A stretch of 10,626 nt of DNA from the NCBI GenBank assembly GCA_051747585.1, contig JBNJGH010000110.1:1-10626 (forward strand). Direction: 5' to 3'. Origin of the DNA: Candidatus Rifleibacteriota bacterium. GTDB taxonomy: Bacteria > Muiribacteriota > Ozemobacteria > Ozemobacterales > Ozemobacteraceae. The position numbers and the translations under genes are program-made. Of the stretch, positions 7,381 through 10,626 are shown in pieces (within the stretch, counting starts at the first letter, position 1; each line of letters starts with the position of its first letter). Under the pieces are notes generated by a model. That model had not been told where the DNA came from. It made no database searches and saw only the letters and a list, made by a program, of their open reading frames with translations.

Positions 7381-7427
7381 CTGGGAAACGGGCATTGCAA
7401 TAGTTTTAATTTCAGCAATATTCGCAG

Positions 7428-8396
7428 CTACTGTTTTTCGGCGAGAAATTTTTTAGCGCCGGGGTGCAGGTATTGAAGGGGGATTCCCGCAGTAAAGGTT
7501 TTGACCGAAATATCGCCGGCTCTTTCGTGGGCCTGACGCAGACTTTCCAGATTGGAAAAAATAACCTTACATAGCTTGTAAGCCATTTCATCTGACATTC
7601 TGGAATCGGCAACAAGCATTGCCATAAGCGCTAAGGTATCCACCCTGTCGTTCTGGTTTTTGTAGGTGTTCTGGTCAATATCAACCAAAGTAAGATACTC
7701 GAGTTCCTTAGTCAGATATTGATATTCTTCTGCAGAAAAGCTCAGAACCCTGATCTGAAATCTTTTGCCCATCTCTGCAACAGCTTGCGTCGGAGTACCG
7801 GCAATGATAATTGCCGCGTCGCAATCTTTGCGTTCCATCGCCTGAATAGACTCGTCATAAGAAATATAAACCGGCTCAAAATCATCAAGTTCAATTCCCC
7901 GGGCAGAAAGGATTTCGACCGAAGTCAGGGCATTACCGCTTCCCTGAGGCCCAACTACCACCCTTCGACCTTTAAGATCATCAATACTTTTTATTTTAGA
8001 CTCGGCATGCACAACAATCTGCACGACTTCAGGAAAAAGTGACATCAGCACCCTGAGCTCGTTAATTGGCGAATTTGCAAAATTGCCGGTACCCTTTAAG
8101 GCAGAAAGAGTTATATCGCCCTGAGCAATGGCAAAGTTTAATTCGCGCTTTTGCATCAATCTGAGATTGTCAACGCTTCCCCTGGTTGAAAAAGCCATAA
8201 CCTCCAGGCCTTCTATTTTATCGGACCACATATTTGCAAAAGCTCGTCCCAGAGGGTAGTAGGTTCCGGTAGTAGATCCGGTGCCCAGAACAATAAAATT
8301 AACCAGCTGAGTAATATCAGGTTTATTATCACTTTGCCCATAAAGTGGAACTATTTGGATTGCGCAAATAATAAGCAAAATCAGAGAATATCTCAT
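7428..8396 (-). CDS. TAXI-family TRAP transporter solute-binding protein
   Basis: 322 aa with a signal peptide and the motifs GTGSTTGTYYPLG, TRGSVDNL, LFPEVVQIVV, DLKGRRVVVGPQGSG and LHPGA. It has an ATGA overlap with the cyclase stop. Confidence 0.92.
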   Translation of the reverse strand: MRYSLILLIICAIQIVPLYGQSDNKPDITQLVNFIVLGTGSTTGTYYPLGRAFANMWSDKIEGLEVMAFSTRGSVDNLRLMQKRELNFAIAQGDITLSALKGTGNFANSPINELRVLMSLFPEVVQIVVHAESKIKSIDDLKGRRVVVGPQGSGNALTSVEILSARGIELDDFEPVYISYDESIQAMERKDCDAAIIIAGTPTQAVAEMGKRFQIRVLSFSAEEYQYLTKELEYLTLVDIDQNTYKNQNDRVDTLALMAMLVADSRMSDEMAYKLCKVIFSNLESLRQAHERAGDISVKTFTAGIPLQYLHPGAKKFLAEKQ

Positions 8397-10597
8397 TTTT
8401 CGGAAACAACTCCCATATCTTTGGCGTAAATCGAAGTTTGATTTCTGCCCTTTTCTTTACAAAGGTACAGGGCAGTGTCAGCCTTTTTAATCAATTCCAT
8501 GGCTTCTGTATCATGCTTCGGATACTCAGCTATACCAATACTTATGGTCACATGTAGCGGAGTTTCATAACCTTCAAATTCGTATTCTGCAATTCTTTTT
8601 CGCAAGCGCTCCGCTACTTTATATGCACCCTTTGCATCTGTTTCAGGCAGCATTGCAATCATTTCTTCTCCGCCGTATCTTGCAGCAATATCAAGATCCT
8701 CGCGAACGGCGTTTTTAAAAATTTTCGCAACCTGTTTTAACACTTCATCTCCCACCTGATGCCCATAGGTATCATTAAACTTTTTAAAATGGTCAATATC
8801 AAAAAAGACAATTGAAAATATTTTGTTATAACGTTTTGCTCTTTTAATTTCTTCATTAAGTTTAATCTTAAAATGCCTGACCATAAACAAATCTGTTAAA
8901 CCATCAGTTATAGCAAGCTTAAACAGCTTGGTATTATCGAGCACCAGCGCCGCCTGATTGGCCATGGTCTGCAACAGATTGGTATCGCGGCTGGCAAAGT
9001 CTTTACCATCTTTTCGATTCACCAGGTTAATCACACCAAAGGTCATATTCTTAACTTTAAGCGGCACACAAACCAGTTGATTTACCTGGTTTTCTTCTTT
9101 TTCGTATTGTTTAAAATCAGGATGATTAGTCGGATCATTAATAATCAACATTTTACCGGTTTGCAGAACCTTGCCGGCAACTCCCTCGCCCGGTTTTATT
9201 TTTATATTACGTTTAAAATCTTCAATTGCAACCGTTTTGTCGCTCTGGGAATCCCATATTCTTACGCGTTGCAATTCAAGGGCTTCCTGGTTTTCATCTA
9301 TCAGCATAAGCGAACCCCGTTGCGCATCAACAGCTTCGATAGCTTTATCGATTATTACGTCCAGAAGCCGTTCGAGATCAAGCCCTATCTTGCCCATCGT
9401 TTTTCCGATTTTGTAAAGAATACCTATCTCAAAAACTTTTCGGTCGAGTTCTATGTTATTTTTTTCGATTGTTTCGGTATGACGATGCAACTCATCATAA
9501 GCAAGGCGCAACTCTTCCATCTTCCCGTTGAGGCTGTCAGCCATAAAGTTAAAATTATTGGCAAGCTGACCAATTTCATCTGTGTTCTTAACATTTATTC
9601 GCACATCGAATTTTCCGGCTGCCAATTCGTTGGCACCATGGGTTACCTGCAAAATTGGAAGCGCAATGTTTTGCGAAATAACAAAGGCAATTATCACAGC
9701 TATTATTATGGTTAACAACAATATACCGTAGAGATTACTCTTGAAAGTTTCTACCATATAGTAGACCTCCTGCTGATTTTGAACCAGCAGAATTTTCCAG
9801 CCCTGCCCCACTACGGGCAGCAAAGATGCCAATAAAGGCTGAGAAAGTCTTTTATCTTCAATTGAGAAGACACCATACTCGGGAATTTTTAGTTTTCCAT
9901 CAATAAGATCAAGATCATGCCTGACTTTGTCTGGCAAAGCAACGACGGATTTATCGTTTTCATCAAGCAAATAAGCTCTTGTACTGCTTCCGACAACAGC
10001 ATCTTCAAGCATTCCCCTGATCTGCAGTGAATTCAGCTCAACCACAAGCAAGCCATAATCTGATCTGGAATCGTCTTGAAGTCGGGTTATCAAAGCAAAG
10101 AACCGACGCCCCTCAGCATTTGAAAAAGATCTTAGCAACACCGGCCGCGCATTAAGCTCATTTAACGCGTTGCGGTAGTCAACTTTATATTCAGGCAGCT
10201 TTTCTCCTGAAGCACATAAGATTTGATTGTTTTTATCAATTACAAAAACTTTTTCGATGGAAACAAATTGGCCGGTATATTCTTTAATGGTTGCAGAAAA
10301 GCCGTTCATATCAGCGCTTTTTGCGGCATCATCTTTTTTCAGCGCTTTTACAATTTCGGTCTGATTTTCCACGAAACGCAACAAATCTTTTACCGCTTTT
10401 CGCGAATGCGCCAGCGAGTTGTCTACAATAACATTTAACAGGCCATCAGAAGCATTTCGCAACATGGTATAACTAATGTAAACCAATGGCAGCAAAGCAA
10501 TAAAAATAAAACTCATTACCAACTTGGTTTTTATACTGTTCAGGTATGCAAAAATTGAACTTCTGCCGGAATCTGAACTGTCTGATGTCTGTTGCAT
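8393..10597 (-). CDS. Membrane-bound sensor diguanylate cyclase (TM - Cache-like - TM - HAMP - GAF - GGDEF)
   Basis: Two TM helices flank an extracytoplasmic domain of about 240 aa. These are followed by a HAMP domain (DEIGQLANNFNFM), a GAF domain (GEGVAGKV, LVCVPLK, FGVINLVN) and a GGDEF domain (DGLT, FDIDHFKKFNDTYGHQVGD, RYGGEEM, ADTALY, KGRN). Confidence 0.93.
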   Translation of the reverse strand: MQQTSDSSDSGRSSIFAYLNSIKTKLVMSFIFIALLPLVYISYTMLRNASDGLLNVIVDNSLAHSRKAVKDLLRFVENQTEIVKALKKDDAAKSADMNGFSATIKEYTGQFVSIEKVFVIDKNNQILCASGEKLPEYKVDYRNALNELNARPVLLRSFSNAEGRRFFALITRLQDDSRSDYGLLVVELNSLQIRGMLEDAVVGSSTRAYLLDENDKSVVALPDKVRHDLDLIDGKLKIPEYGVFSIEDKRLSQPLLASLLPVVGQGWKILLVQNQQEVYYMVETFKSNLYGILLLTIIIAVIIAFVISQNIALPILQVTHGANELAAGKFDVRINVKNTDEIGQLANNFNFMADSLNGKMEELRLAYDELHRHTETIEKNNIELDRKVFEIGILYKIGKTMGKIGLDLERLLDVIIDKAIEAVDAQRGSLMLIDENQEALELQRVRIWDSQSDKTVAIEDFKRNIKIKPGEGVAGKVLQTGKMLIINDPTNHPDFKQYEKEENQVNQLVCVPLKVKNMTFGVINLVNRKDGKDFASRDTNLLQTMANQAALVLDNTKLFKLAITDGLTDLFMVRHFKIKLNEEIKRAKRYNKIFSIVFFDIDHFKKFNDTYGHQVGDEVLKQVAKIFKNAVREDLDIAARYGGEEMIAMLPETDAKGAYKVAERLRKRIAEYEFEGYETPLHVTISIGIAEYPKHDTEAMELIKKADTALYLCKEKGRNQTSIYAKDMGVVSEK

Positions 10598-10608
10598 AAG
10601 CTTATCAT

Positions 10609-10625
10609 TGCATTTTTAAAGCCAA
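10609..10625 (-). promoter_or_regulatory. Possible sigma54 -24/-12 promoter upstream of the cyclase
   Basis: The minus strand reads TTGGCTTTAAAAATGCA, with exact GG-N10-GC spacing but only a partial match to YTGGCACG-N4-TTGCW. Confidence 0.3.
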
Positions 10626-10626
10626 A

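Noticed and set aside
7412..7615. Alternative-frame minus-strand ORFs (also 646-954, 3826-4023, 4444-4707, 4894-5079)
   Set aside because: They are short, lie within or almost entirely overlap real genes, and have no motif support.
9077..9715. 212-aa plus-strand ORF, plus 7719-8042, 9171-9416 and 10223-10438
   Set aside because: They lie antisense to the cyclase or TAXI genes, and their composition is what the opposite strand of a coding sequence would give.

Overview
Bacterial genomic window with three parts. (1) 1-5698, minus strand: a tightly coupled carbohydrate operon, most likely for beta-1,2-glucan use. It encodes a secreted GH144-type endo-beta-1,2-glucanase with a C-terminal CBM9-like domain, an ABC solute-binding protein fused in frame to a MalF-type permease, a MalG-type permease, and a GH94 phosphorylase that runs off the left edge and is missing from the ORF track. 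(2) About 5850-7400: an AT-rich islet with a DUF302 gene and a divergent FitA/VapB-like antitoxin plus PIN toxin pair. It is flanked by eroded copies of its own genes, with a toxin 3' end on the left and DUF302 fragments on the right, which suggests an old tandem duplication. (3) 7428-10597, minus strand: a membrane Cache-HAMP-GAF-GGDEF diguanylate cyclase translationally coupled to a TAXI-type TRAP binding protein with no adjacent transporter, a candidate ligand-sensing c-di-GMP module. All family calls come from motif recognition by eye; no searches were run.
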